Below, in pieces: positions 41,229 through 48,678 of a stretch of 64,000 nt of DNA (position 1 is its first letter; every line of letters starts with the position of its first letter). The stretch is from NCBI GenBank assembly GCA_964506945.1, contig CAZDOC010000002.1, positions 42,834-106,833 on the forward strand, given 5' to 3'. The notes beneath the pieces are model-generated. The model was not told where the DNA came from and did not search any database. It saw nothing but the letters and a program-made list of their open reading frames with translations. The position numbers and the translations under genes are program-made. The DNA comes from an uncultured Gammaproteobacteria bacterium (GTDB taxonomy: Bacteria > Pseudomonadota > Gammaproteobacteria > CAZDOC01).

Positions 41229-41298
41229 TACGCCTGCGCCTGGGTGTGCCGGTGCAAGGCGATCCGGCGGTTTTCCGGCCGTGAAGGAGACCGGATAC

Positions 41299-43239
41299 TT
41301 GGCATCGACACGCACATCCCCGGCCCTGGCCCTGCCGGCCGTGGCCCTGGCCCTGGCGCTGTGGTACCAGGGGTTCACCCTGCTGCCGGTATGCGCGGTG
41401 CTGGCCGTGCTGCTGCTGGGCCTGCTGGTCGGCCCTGGCCGGCGGCACCGGCGCTGGACCTGGCCACGGCCCGATGCCCTTGTCATCAGCCTGTCCCTGT
41501 TGCTCGTCTGGAGCGCCTGGATCACCCTGAGCGGTCCCGGCCGCCTGCTGGCCCAGTATGGCCTGCTGGTCTGCGGTGTGTTCGCCAGCGCGCTGCTCTG
41601 CGCCCTGCTGGCCTCCCGGCAGCGGGCCTGGTGGCCGCTGATGGTGCCGGTGTCGCTCGTCGTGCTGGCCGAGGCCCTCTACGGCGGCTGGCAGTTCCTC
41701 GCTGGCCAGGGTCCGCCACGGGGGCTGTTCGTGCAGCCGAACACCCATGCCGGCTGGTTGCTGCTGTTCAACCTGCCCCTGACGGCCCTGGCCGCGTGGC
41801 TGCGGCGGTATCGCAGGCGCAGCTGGCCGTGGGTGCTGGCCGGGCTGGCCCTGCTGGACCTGAATATCGCCGCCTCGCTGAGCCGTGGCGTGGCCCTGGC
41901 GCTGTCGGCGGGGCTGCTGGTCCTTGGCGTGAGTCTTCCGCCAGGCTGTCGACGCGGCCTGTTGATCCCCGTGGTGCTGGTGATCAGCGCCTACGGTCTG
42001 GTCGATGTCCTGGACGCCGGCCGGGTGGCCGGGCGCATGGACAGCGGCCTGGCGAGCGTGGGCCGCCTGCTGCTGGATAGCCAGGAGGATGGATCCCCGG
42101 CGACGGGGCAGGGGGATTCCATCCGCGCGCGCGTGCTGATCTGGCGGGGGGCCTGGCGTATGTGGCGGGAGACCCCCTGGCAGGGCTGGGGCCTGTACCG
42201 CTTCCGGCTGATCTATCCCCGCTTCCAGTCCGATGCGGATCAGAGTGCCGGGCAATATGCCCACAACGAGCTGCTGCAATTGTTACTGGAGATCGGTCTA
42301 CCGGGCCTGTTGCTGGTGCTGTTGAGCATGGTCCTGGTTGCCAGGCGGGGCTGGAAGCGTCTGCATGGCCCCGGCATGGACGAGGCCCGGCGTTGTGAGA
42401 TCGCCGGTCTGCTGGCGGCGATGGCGGCGATCTCCGTACACAGCCTGCTGTCCTATGATTTCCATATCCTGCCGGTGCTGCTGGTCGTGGGGCTGATCAC
42501 GGGGCGTTACCTGGACCGGGTCAGCATGGAGGCATCGGTTTCTGAGCGCATGACCGTGACGGGGGGGCGGCCCGGCCGCCGGCCGGCCCGGATCCTGTTG
42601 CTGGCGATCCTGCTGGCGCTGGCGCTACCCGCCGGCATGGCCTGGTATATGGGCCAGGCTCGGGCGGCCCTGGCCCGGGGCGATCTGGCCGCGGCCGAGC
42701 AGGCCCTGGGGCGGGCGGCCATGCTCGATGATACCGACGAGATCGCCCATGCGCGCGCCTTGACCTATATCGAGGCACTGAAGGCCCTGCCCGGGCGGGA
42801 TGAGAGACGCCCCAGGCTGTTCCAGTGGGCCATGGACAGCCTGGATGCGGCCGCGCGCATGAACCCGGAACTGGCCGCGGTGCCCTGCGCCCGCGGACTG
42901 TTGTTCGCCAGGGCCCCGGGGCTGGCCGGGCGGGATGCCTACCGGCGTGCGGAGGATGCATTTCGTCAGGGCCTGCGCCTGGCACCGAGACAGTATCTGT
43001 GCCGCCTGCACTATGCCCGCCTGCTGTTGCGGCTCGGACGCAAGCCACAAGCGCGTACCCTGCTGGAGGCCGGCCTGCCCGCCGGTCTGCCGGATGCTGC
43101 CGGGATCATCCCCTATGTGCAGCTGTTGATCCGCCTGCGCCGTGACATGGGGCAAGCCGCCGCCGCGGAGCGCCTGGCCCGGCGCCTGCTGAACTTGCGC
43201 GGGCACTGGCGTAACATAGGCGCCGGTACGCGGATATGA
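41299..43239 (+). CDS. O-antigen ligase family (Wzy_C) protein with a C-terminal TPR region: a putative pilin O-oligosaccharyltransferase (PglL/TfpO-like).
   Basis: Ten or more transmembrane helices. Wzy_C signatures SLSRGVALAL and the periplasmic loop YAHNELLQLLLEIGLPGLL. The C-terminal roughly 200 aa are Ala/Arg/Leu-rich and TPR-like. It lies immediately downstream of the pilin gene, the same arrangement as P. aeruginosa pilA-tfpO. The start is set at the TTG at 41299, which follows a GAAGGAGA Shine-Dalgarno sequence. The track's ATG at 41200 lies inside the terminator. Confidence 0.7.
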   Translation: MASTRTSPALALPAVALALALWYQGFTLLPVCAVLAVLLLGLLVGPGRRHRRWTWPRPDALVISLSLLLVWSAWITLSGPGRLLAQYGLLVCGVFASALLCALLASRQRAWWPLMVPVSLVVLAEALYGGWQFLAGQGPPRGLFVQPNTHAGWLLLFNLPLTALAAWLRRYRRRSWPWVLAGLALLDLNIAASLSRGVALALSAGLLVLGVSLPPGCRRGLLIPVVLVISAYGLVDVLDAGRVAGRMDSGLASVGRLLLDSQEDGSPATGQGDSIRARVLIWRGAWRMWRETPWQGWGLYRFRLIYPRFQSDADQSAGQYAHNELLQLLLEIGLPGLLLVLLSMVLVARRGWKRLHGPGMDEARRCEIAGLLAAMAAISVHSLLSYDFHILPVLLVVGLITGRYLDRVSMEASVSERMTVTGGRPGRRPARILLLAILLALALPAGMAWYMGQARAALARGDLAAAEQALGRAAMLDDTDEIAHARALTYIEALKALPGRDERRPRLFQWAMDSLDAAARMNPELAAVPCARGLLFARAPGLAGRDAYRRAEDAFRQGLRLAPRQYLCRLHYARLLLRLGRKPQARTLLEAGLPAGLPDAAGIIPYVQLLIRLRRDMGQAAAAERLARRLLNLRGHWRNIGAGTRI

Positions 43240-43262
43240 GATGGACGAAGCGATTGCATACG

Positions 43263-43751
43263 ATGACTCGATCACGGATCCCGGGCTTTACCCTGGTGGA
43301 ACTGGTCAGCGTGATCGTGGTGCTCGGCATCATGGCCGCGTTCATCGCCCCGCGCTTTTTCCAGCGTGATGCCTTCGAGGAGATGGGCTTCGCCGCGCAG
43401 GCCCTCTCGGCCATCCATTATGCGCAGAAACTGGCCCTGGCCTCCGGTTGCGACATGCGGGTGGCGATCTCCTCCGGCGGCCTGCGGGTGGATCGTTTCG
43501 GCAGCGCCGACTGCCGCGCCAATCCGGGCGCGGCGCTGATCGGCATGAAGCGCTTTGGGGGCGGTTCCCTGGCGCTGCCGCTGCCGGACGGGATCAGCGT
43601 CACCACCGTCAGTTTCTACTTCGACAAGATCGGTCGTCCACATGATGCCGCCGGCAGCTTCGGCGCCCTGCTGGGTGCGCCCCTGGACATCGCCGTCGGC
43701 AGCCACGACCTGAGGGTGGAGCCCGAAACGGGCTACACGCACAGCCTGTGA
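43263..43751 (+). CDS. mshC: MshC-like minor pilin.
   Basis: Prepilin motif MTRSRIPG|FTLVELVSVIVVLGIMAAF. The track ORF starts in-frame upstream at 43236. Confidence 0.7.
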   Translation: MTRSRIPGFTLVELVSVIVVLGIMAAFIAPRFFQRDAFEEMGFAAQALSAIHYAQKLALASGCDMRVAISSGGLRVDRFGSADCRANPGAALIGMKRFGGGSLALPLPDGISVTTVSFYFDKIGRPHDAAGSFGALLGAPLDIAVGSHDLRVEPETGYTHSL

Positions 43752-44272
43752 GGAGATGCCGCCGCGAGCATGGCCTGACCCTGATCGAGCTGGTCATCTC
43801 CCTGGTCATCCTGGCCATCGCCTCGGTGGCGATCCTGCGGGTGCTGTCGGACGCCAACAGACGCAGCGCCGATCCCATGATCCAGCAGCAGGCCAGCGCC
43901 ATCGCCCAGGCCTATCTGGAGGAGGTGTTGCTCAAGCCCTATTGTGACCCGGACCTCAGCACCGACTGTGCGAGCACCTGCGCGGTCGCCAACATCTGCG
44001 CCACACCCGCCTGCAGCAGTCCCGAGGCCGGGCGCACGGCCTTCGACGAGGTCTGCGACTACGACGGCCTCGTCGACAGCGGCGCGCGTAACCAGCTCGA
44101 CCAGGCCATCCCCGCGCTGGCGGATTACACCGTCACGGTGCGGGTCGACGACAGCGGGGTCGATATCAACGGCCTCTCGGCCGATGCGGGCCAGGCCCTG
44201 CGCATCACCGTGAGCGTGGACCACCCGGCCATGGCGCCCATCAGCCTGTCGGCCTACCGGACGAATTTCTGA
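43748..44272 (+). CDS. mshD: MshD-like minor pilin.
   Basis: Prepilin motif HG|LTLIELVISLVILAIASVAIL, with a Cys-rich C-terminal region. Confidence 0.7.
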   Translation: MRRCRREHGLTLIELVISLVILAIASVAILRVLSDANRRSADPMIQQQASAIAQAYLEEVLLKPYCDPDLSTDCASTCAVANICATPACSSPEAGRTAFDEVCDYDGLVDSGARNQLDQAIPALADYTVTVRVDDSGVDINGLSADAGQALRITVSVDHPAMAPISLSAYRTNF

Positions 44273-45117
44273 TGCGCGATGCCACGGGCTTCACCCTGAT
44301 AGAGATGGTCTCGGTGATCGTGATCACCGGCATCCTGGCGACCGTGGTGGGCATGAACATCTCGCGGCCGATCCAGGGCTATCTGGATACCGCGCGGCGG
44401 GCCGAACTGGTGGACAAGGCGGAGACCGCACTCAACCGCATGACCCGCGAGATCCGCCTGGCCCTGCCGAACAGCATCCGTGTCTCAGGTGGCTCGATGG
44501 AGTTCCTGCGCAGCCTGAGCGGTGGCCGTTATCGCGCCCGCCCGGATCCCGGCGGCGGCAGTGACGAACTCGATTTTGCCGCCGATGCCGATAGCTTCGA
44601 TGTCCTCGGTGGCATGCCCAGTCTGCTGAACATCATCGCCGGCGCCGGCGGACGCGCCGATTGCCTGAGCGGCGTCAGCGATTGCCTGGTGATCTTCAAC
44701 ACCGGCCAGCCCGGTGCGGATGCCTATCGGGGCGACAATATCGCCGGTATCTCCCTGGTCGACAAGGGTCCGCCGGTGGTCCGGCTCAGCTTCGACAACT
44801 CCGATGTTCCCGGCTGGCACTTCCCGTTCGCCTCTCCGCGCCAGCGTTTCTATGTCGTCGATACCCCGGTCAGCTTCGTCTGCGACCTGGCGAGCGGTCG
44901 CATCACCCGGCATGCACAATACCCGATCAGCGCGGTACAAAACCCGGCCCCGGCCGGTAACGGCAGCCTGCTGGTGGACAGGGTCAGCGCCTGTTCCTTC
45001 AGCTACAGTCCCGGCAGCGCGACCCGCGACGGTCTGGTGACCCTGGCGCTGAGCATTACCGACAGTGGCGAGAGCGTGCACCTGCTGCAGCAGGTGCACA
45101 TACCCAACCAGCCATGA
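44272..45117 (+). CDS. mshO: MshO-like minor pilin.
   Basis: Prepilin motif MRDATG|FTLIEMVSVIVITGILATVV. The 281-aa product is in the size range expected of MshO. Confidence 0.7.
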   Translation: MRDATGFTLIEMVSVIVITGILATVVGMNISRPIQGYLDTARRAELVDKAETALNRMTREIRLALPNSIRVSGGSMEFLRSLSGGRYRARPDPGGGSDELDFAADADSFDVLGGMPSLLNIIAGAGGRADCLSGVSDCLVIFNTGQPGADAYRGDNIAGISLVDKGPPVVRLSFDNSDVPGWHFPFASPRQRFYVVDTPVSFVCDLASGRITRHAQYPISAVQNPAPAGNGSLLVDRVSACSFSYSPGSATRDGLVTLALSITDSGESVHLLQQVHIPNQP

Positions 45118-45542
45118 AGCGTGATGCCGACATTGCCGGCTTCTCCCTGGTGACAGCGCTGTTCCTGCTGGTGATCCTGGCCGCGCTGGGGGTGTTCGTG
45201 ATCACCATAGGCAGCACCCAGCAGGCCACCTCGACCCTGTCCATCCTGGATGCCAGGGCCATGGCCGCCGCCGAGAGCGGCCTGGAGTGGGCCGTGCATC
45301 GGGCCAGGAACCAGCCGGCGGACCTGGGCTGTGGCGGCGCCGGGGCCACCTTCAATCTGCAGGGTCCCGGGCTGGATGGTTTCAGTGTCGGCATCAGCTG
45401 CGTGGTCACGCCCAATATCGTCGAGGGCGCCGCGCCGCCGTACTCGATGTATGCCCTGACCGTGACCGCCAGCCGCGGCGTGACGGGCAGCCCCGACTAT
45501 GTCCGGCGTATCCTGCAGGCCACGGTCACGGACGCGCCCTAG
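45114..45542 (+). CDS. mshP: MshP-like (PilX-like) minor pilin.
   Basis: MKRDADIAG|FSLVTALFLLVILAALGVFVI, the last gene of the cluster. Confidence 0.65.
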   Translation: MKRDADIAGFSLVTALFLLVILAALGVFVITIGSTQQATSTLSILDARAMAAAESGLEWAVHRARNQPADLGCGGAGATFNLQGPGLDGFSVGISCVVTPNIVEGAAPPYSMYALTVTASRGVTGSPDYVRRILQATVTDAP

Positions 45543-45549
45543 GGCGCGA

Positions 45550-45981
45550 CTAGCGACGGGCGCCCAGGCCCATGGCCAGCAGGCCGAACAGCAGCGTTCT
45601 TGCCCTGGCTCGCCGGGTGCGGGCCTGTCCCCGGTGCAGATCCCGGCGACTGATCAGCTTGTCCAGCAGGCGCTCGCTGGCGGGGAAGGCGGCCAGTCCT
45701 GCAGGGTTACCGGTATTCAGCCAGTTGGCATAGGGATCCCGCCGGTCGGCGCCATCACCCGGGTTGGGAAAATAGTCCCGGCGCGAGTAGGCCACGGTCC
45801 GCGCTGGCGGATCCGGGATCCAGGCCGGGGCCCGATCCGGCGCGGGCGGCTGGCGCAGCATCGACGCAGGCAGCAGGTAGGCGCTGTTCGGGCCGGGCGC
45901 GGAGCCGTAACATTCATCGGCCAGGGCGCTGGCCGTGATCCCCAGTAGTAACAGACAACTCAAAACGATGTTCATGGTCAA
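45550..45981 (-). CDS. Hypothetical secreted protein.
   Basis: The 143-aa product has a signal peptide (MTMNIVLSCLLLLGITASALA), a Pro/Asp/Arg-rich body and a C-terminal hydrophobic stretch followed by Arg-Arg (TLLFGLLAMGLGARR). No family recognised. Confidence 0.45.
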   Translation of the reverse strand: MTMNIVLSCLLLLGITASALADECYGSAPGPNSAYLLPASMLRQPPAPDRAPAWIPDPPARTVAYSRRDYFPNPGDGADRRDPYANWLNTGNPAGLAAFPASERLLDKLISRRDLHRGQARTRRARARTLLFGLLAMGLGARR

Positions 45982-46090
45982 ACCCCCTGTCTGACCTCCC
46001 CTGCAGCATTAATAGCCGCTCTGCGGGGAGCGCGCCAATACCCCGCGCGGATACTGTGAACGGGATCACGCTCAGGGTTCCGGGCGCGTC

Positions 46091-46555
46091 TCACTCCATA
46101 TCCGGGAATCCCTGTTGCCGGCAGGCCTCGTACACTGCGATGGCGACGGTATTGGACAGGTTGAGGCTGCGACTGTGGCCGCGCATGGGGATGCGCAGTC
46201 GTTGCCCGGCGGGCAGTCCGTCGAGTACCGCCCCGGGCAGGCCGCGAGTCTCCGGGCCGAACAGCAGGGCGTCCCCCGGGCGATAGGCAATCGCGCTATA
46301 ATGCCGCTCCGCGCGGGTGCTGAAGGCCAGCAGGCGGGGTTGCCCCAGGGTTCGCAGGCAGTCATCCAGGCTGGCATGGTCGCGCACCTCGGCCCATTCA
46401 TGGTAATCCAGCCCGGCACGGCGCAATTGCCGATCCTCCAGGGTGAAGCCCAGCGGGTGGACCAGGTGCAGGCCGATGCCGGTATTGGCGCACAGGCGAA
46501 TGATATTGCCGGTGTTGGGCGGGATCTCCGGCTGATAGAGGATGATGTGGAACAC
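46091..46555 (-). CDS. trmL: tRNA (cytidine/uridine-2'-O-)-methyltransferase TrmL (SPOUT).
   Basis: GTG start giving [37 protein letters not shown]...LDYHEWAEV, near-identical in pattern to E. coli TrmL ([26 protein letters not shown]). Only the last 154 codons of the long track ORF 46091..47260 are real. Confidence 0.85.
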   Translation of the reverse strand: [154 protein letters not shown]

Positions 46556-46556
46556 G

Positions 46557-47504
46557 ATGTCAGATAAACAAGCGAATGATCGGCGTCTGACGCTGGATTT
46601 TTGTGGCCTGCGTTTCGACACCCCGCTGGTGTTGCTCTCGGGTTGCGTCGGTTTTGGCGAAGAGTACACGCGCGTCACGGGTTTTTCCAACCGTGATGCC
46701 GGCGCCGTGTGCCTGAAGGGCACGACCCTGGAGGCGCGTCTCGGCAATCGTCCCCACCGCGTCTGCGAGACCCCGATGGGCATGCTCAACGCCATCGGCC
46801 TGCAGAACCCGGGCGCCGAGCGGGTCATCAACGGCATTCTGCCTGGCCTGGATTTCTCCGAGACCCGCTTCATCGCCAACGTGTCCGGCTCCACGGTGGA
46901 GGAGTACGAGGCCGTCACCCGCCTGTTCGACGATTCGCCCATCGACGCCATCGAGATCAATATCTCCTGCCCCAATGTCAAGCAGGGCGGCGTGGCCTTC
47001 GGCAACGATCCGGACATGTCCGCGCGCGTGGTGGAGGCCTGTCGGCGGGCCACCGGCAAGCCCCTGATCACCAAGCTTTCCCCCAACCAGACCGATATCG
47101 CCGACAATGCCCGGCGCTGCATCGAGGCCGGCACGGATGCCTTCGCGGTGATCAACACCCTGATGGGCATGGCCATCGACATCGACAGCCGGCGGCCGGT
47201 GATCGGCAACAACCAGGGTGGCCTGTCCGGCCCCGCAATCAAGCCGGTCGCCCTGCTCAAGGTGCATCAGGTCTATCAAGTGACGAAAGCGCATGACATT
47301 CCCATCATCGGTCAGGGCGGCGTCAACGGCGCCAGGGACGCGATCGAGTTTCTGCTTGCCGGGGCCAGCGCGGTCGGCGTCGGCACCGGGCTGTTCTACG
47401 ATCCGCTGATCCTGCCCAGGATCAACGACGGGATCCTCGATTACCTGCGCCAGCACGGCCTGGACAGGGTCTCCGATCTGACCGGGGCACTGGAGACCTG
47501 GTGA
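46557..47504 (+). CDS. pyrD: Dihydroorotate dehydrogenase family protein, class 1 (Cys catalytic base).
   Basis: TIM-barrel DHOD motifs LLSGCVGFGEEY, NAIGLQNPG, EINISCPNV (Cys base, as in class 1 rather than the class-2 Ser) and GGVNGARDAIEFLLAGASAVGVGT. It has no N-terminal membrane or quinone extension. Confidence 0.75.
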   Translation: MSDKQANDRRLTLDFCGLRFDTPLVLLSGCVGFGEEYTRVTGFSNRDAGAVCLKGTTLEARLGNRPHRVCETPMGMLNAIGLQNPGAERVINGILPGLDFSETRFIANVSGSTVEEYEAVTRLFDDSPIDAIEINISCPNVKQGGVAFGNDPDMSARVVEACRRATGKPLITKLSPNQTDIADNARRCIEAGTDAFAVINTLMGMAIDIDSRRPVIGNNQGGLSGPAIKPVALLKVHQVYQVTKAHDIPIIGQGGVNGARDAIEFLLAGASAVGVGTGLFYDPLILPRINDGILDYLRQHGLDRVSDLTGALETW

Positions 47505-47527
47505 GCCTGTCGCCGCCGGCCCGCCGA

Positions 47528-47851
47528 TCAGGATGAGGGGGGCTTCTCCAGCCGGCGCAGGAACACCCGCATCTCCTTGGCCGCCTGGATGTCCCCTTTT
47601 TGCTCGGCCACGGTGATGCCCTGGCGAAAGGCCGTCAATGCATCCTCCCGCCGCCCGGCGTCTGCCAGCGCCCGGCCATACAATTTCCAGGCCGCGGAAT
47701 AGTCCGGCTGCATCGCCAGCGCCCGTTCCAGATGCGTGATGGCGGCGGGGGGATCCCCTTCCCGCAACAGGGCGCCGCCCAGGCTGAAACGCAGCAGGAC
47801 GCTGTCCTGACCGGAATCCAGTAATTGCTGCAGTTTTTCCCGGGTGCTCAT
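47528..47851 (-). CDS. Small TPR-like repeat protein.
   Basis: The 107-aa product carries TPR-like helical repeats (ALAMQPDYSAAWKLYGRALADAGRREDALTAFRQG). Confidence 0.5.
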   Translation of the reverse strand: MSTREKLQQLLDSGQDSVLLRFSLGGALLREGDPPAAITHLERALAMQPDYSAAWKLYGRALADAGRREDALTAFRQGITVAEQKGDIQAAKEMRVFLRRLEKPPSS

Positions 47852-48053
47852 CGGGGGTCAGCATAACCCGGGGATGAGGCCGAAGTCACCGGGGACCACC
47901 GGCAGACGGGGCTCACCGCCGCCAACGCCGGGCCATGGGGCAAAGTCGCCACGGAATTGATCTGGATCAATGCGCCTCCGGCCACATGCACCTACCCTGT
48001 GCGGGCGAGTGTCCCGGGAGCCTCGATGGGATCCCTTTCCTATAGGAGTGGTC

Positions 48054-48506
48054 ATGCAAACGATATCAGGATTCATGAGCCAGCATCACGCGGAGCTGGA
48101 CAGCCTGTTCGAGGAATTTGTCGGCCGGCAGGCTGACGAGCCGGCTCAGGCCATACCGCTGGCGCAGCGATTCAGGCTTGGGCTTTTGAATCATATCGTC
48201 TGGGAAGAGGAGATCCTGTTCCCGATCTTCGATGATCGATCCGGTATGCGGGGGGGCGGTCCCACGGCCGTCATGCGTTCGGAGCATGGCCGCATCAAGG
48301 CATTGCTCGAGGAGATAGCCGGGAGACTGTCAGGGAATGAACTGGCGGGGCTGGCGGAATCGGAGGAAGAACTGGCCGATATCCTGCGGTCGCATAACCG
48401 AAAGGAAGAAGCCATCCTCTATCCCTCGATCGACGCCCTGCTGAGTGACGAGGAGCGAGCGGATATCCTGGCCAGGATCGCGGCCATGGATCCTGTGGCG
48501 GCCTAG
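48054..48506 (+). CDS. Hemerythrin-like (HHE cation-binding domain) protein.
   Basis: His/Glu pattern (MSQHHAELDSLFEEF...HIVWEEEILFPIFD...MRSEHGRI...HNRKEEAILYP) typical of hemerythrin-domain proteins. Start set at MQTISGFMSQHH. Confidence 0.65.
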   Translation: MQTISGFMSQHHAELDSLFEEFVGRQADEPAQAIPLAQRFRLGLLNHIVWEEEILFPIFDDRSGMRGGGPTAVMRSEHGRIKALLEEIAGRLSGNELAGLAESEEELADILRSHNRKEEAILYPSIDALLSDEERADILARIAAMDPVAA

Positions 48507-48678
48507 TGCTCAGGGGCAGGGCGGGGACAGATGGGTAAATCTTCCTGTCCGGGGCGGGAATACCCTCCTTCGTTGACACGGTTTGCCGGTGATATAAAGG
48601 CATTCTCCATGTGGTATCGGGATCCCGGCCCGGATGGACCGGGGTATGGGTGTTGTCAACGCGTGCCGGGCAGGGATG

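Noticed and set aside
46556-47260. Upstream 235 codons of the long - strand track ORF 46091..47260.
   Set aside because: Only the C-terminal 154 codons match TrmL, starting at GTG 46555. The remainder is antisense to pyrD and has no homology.
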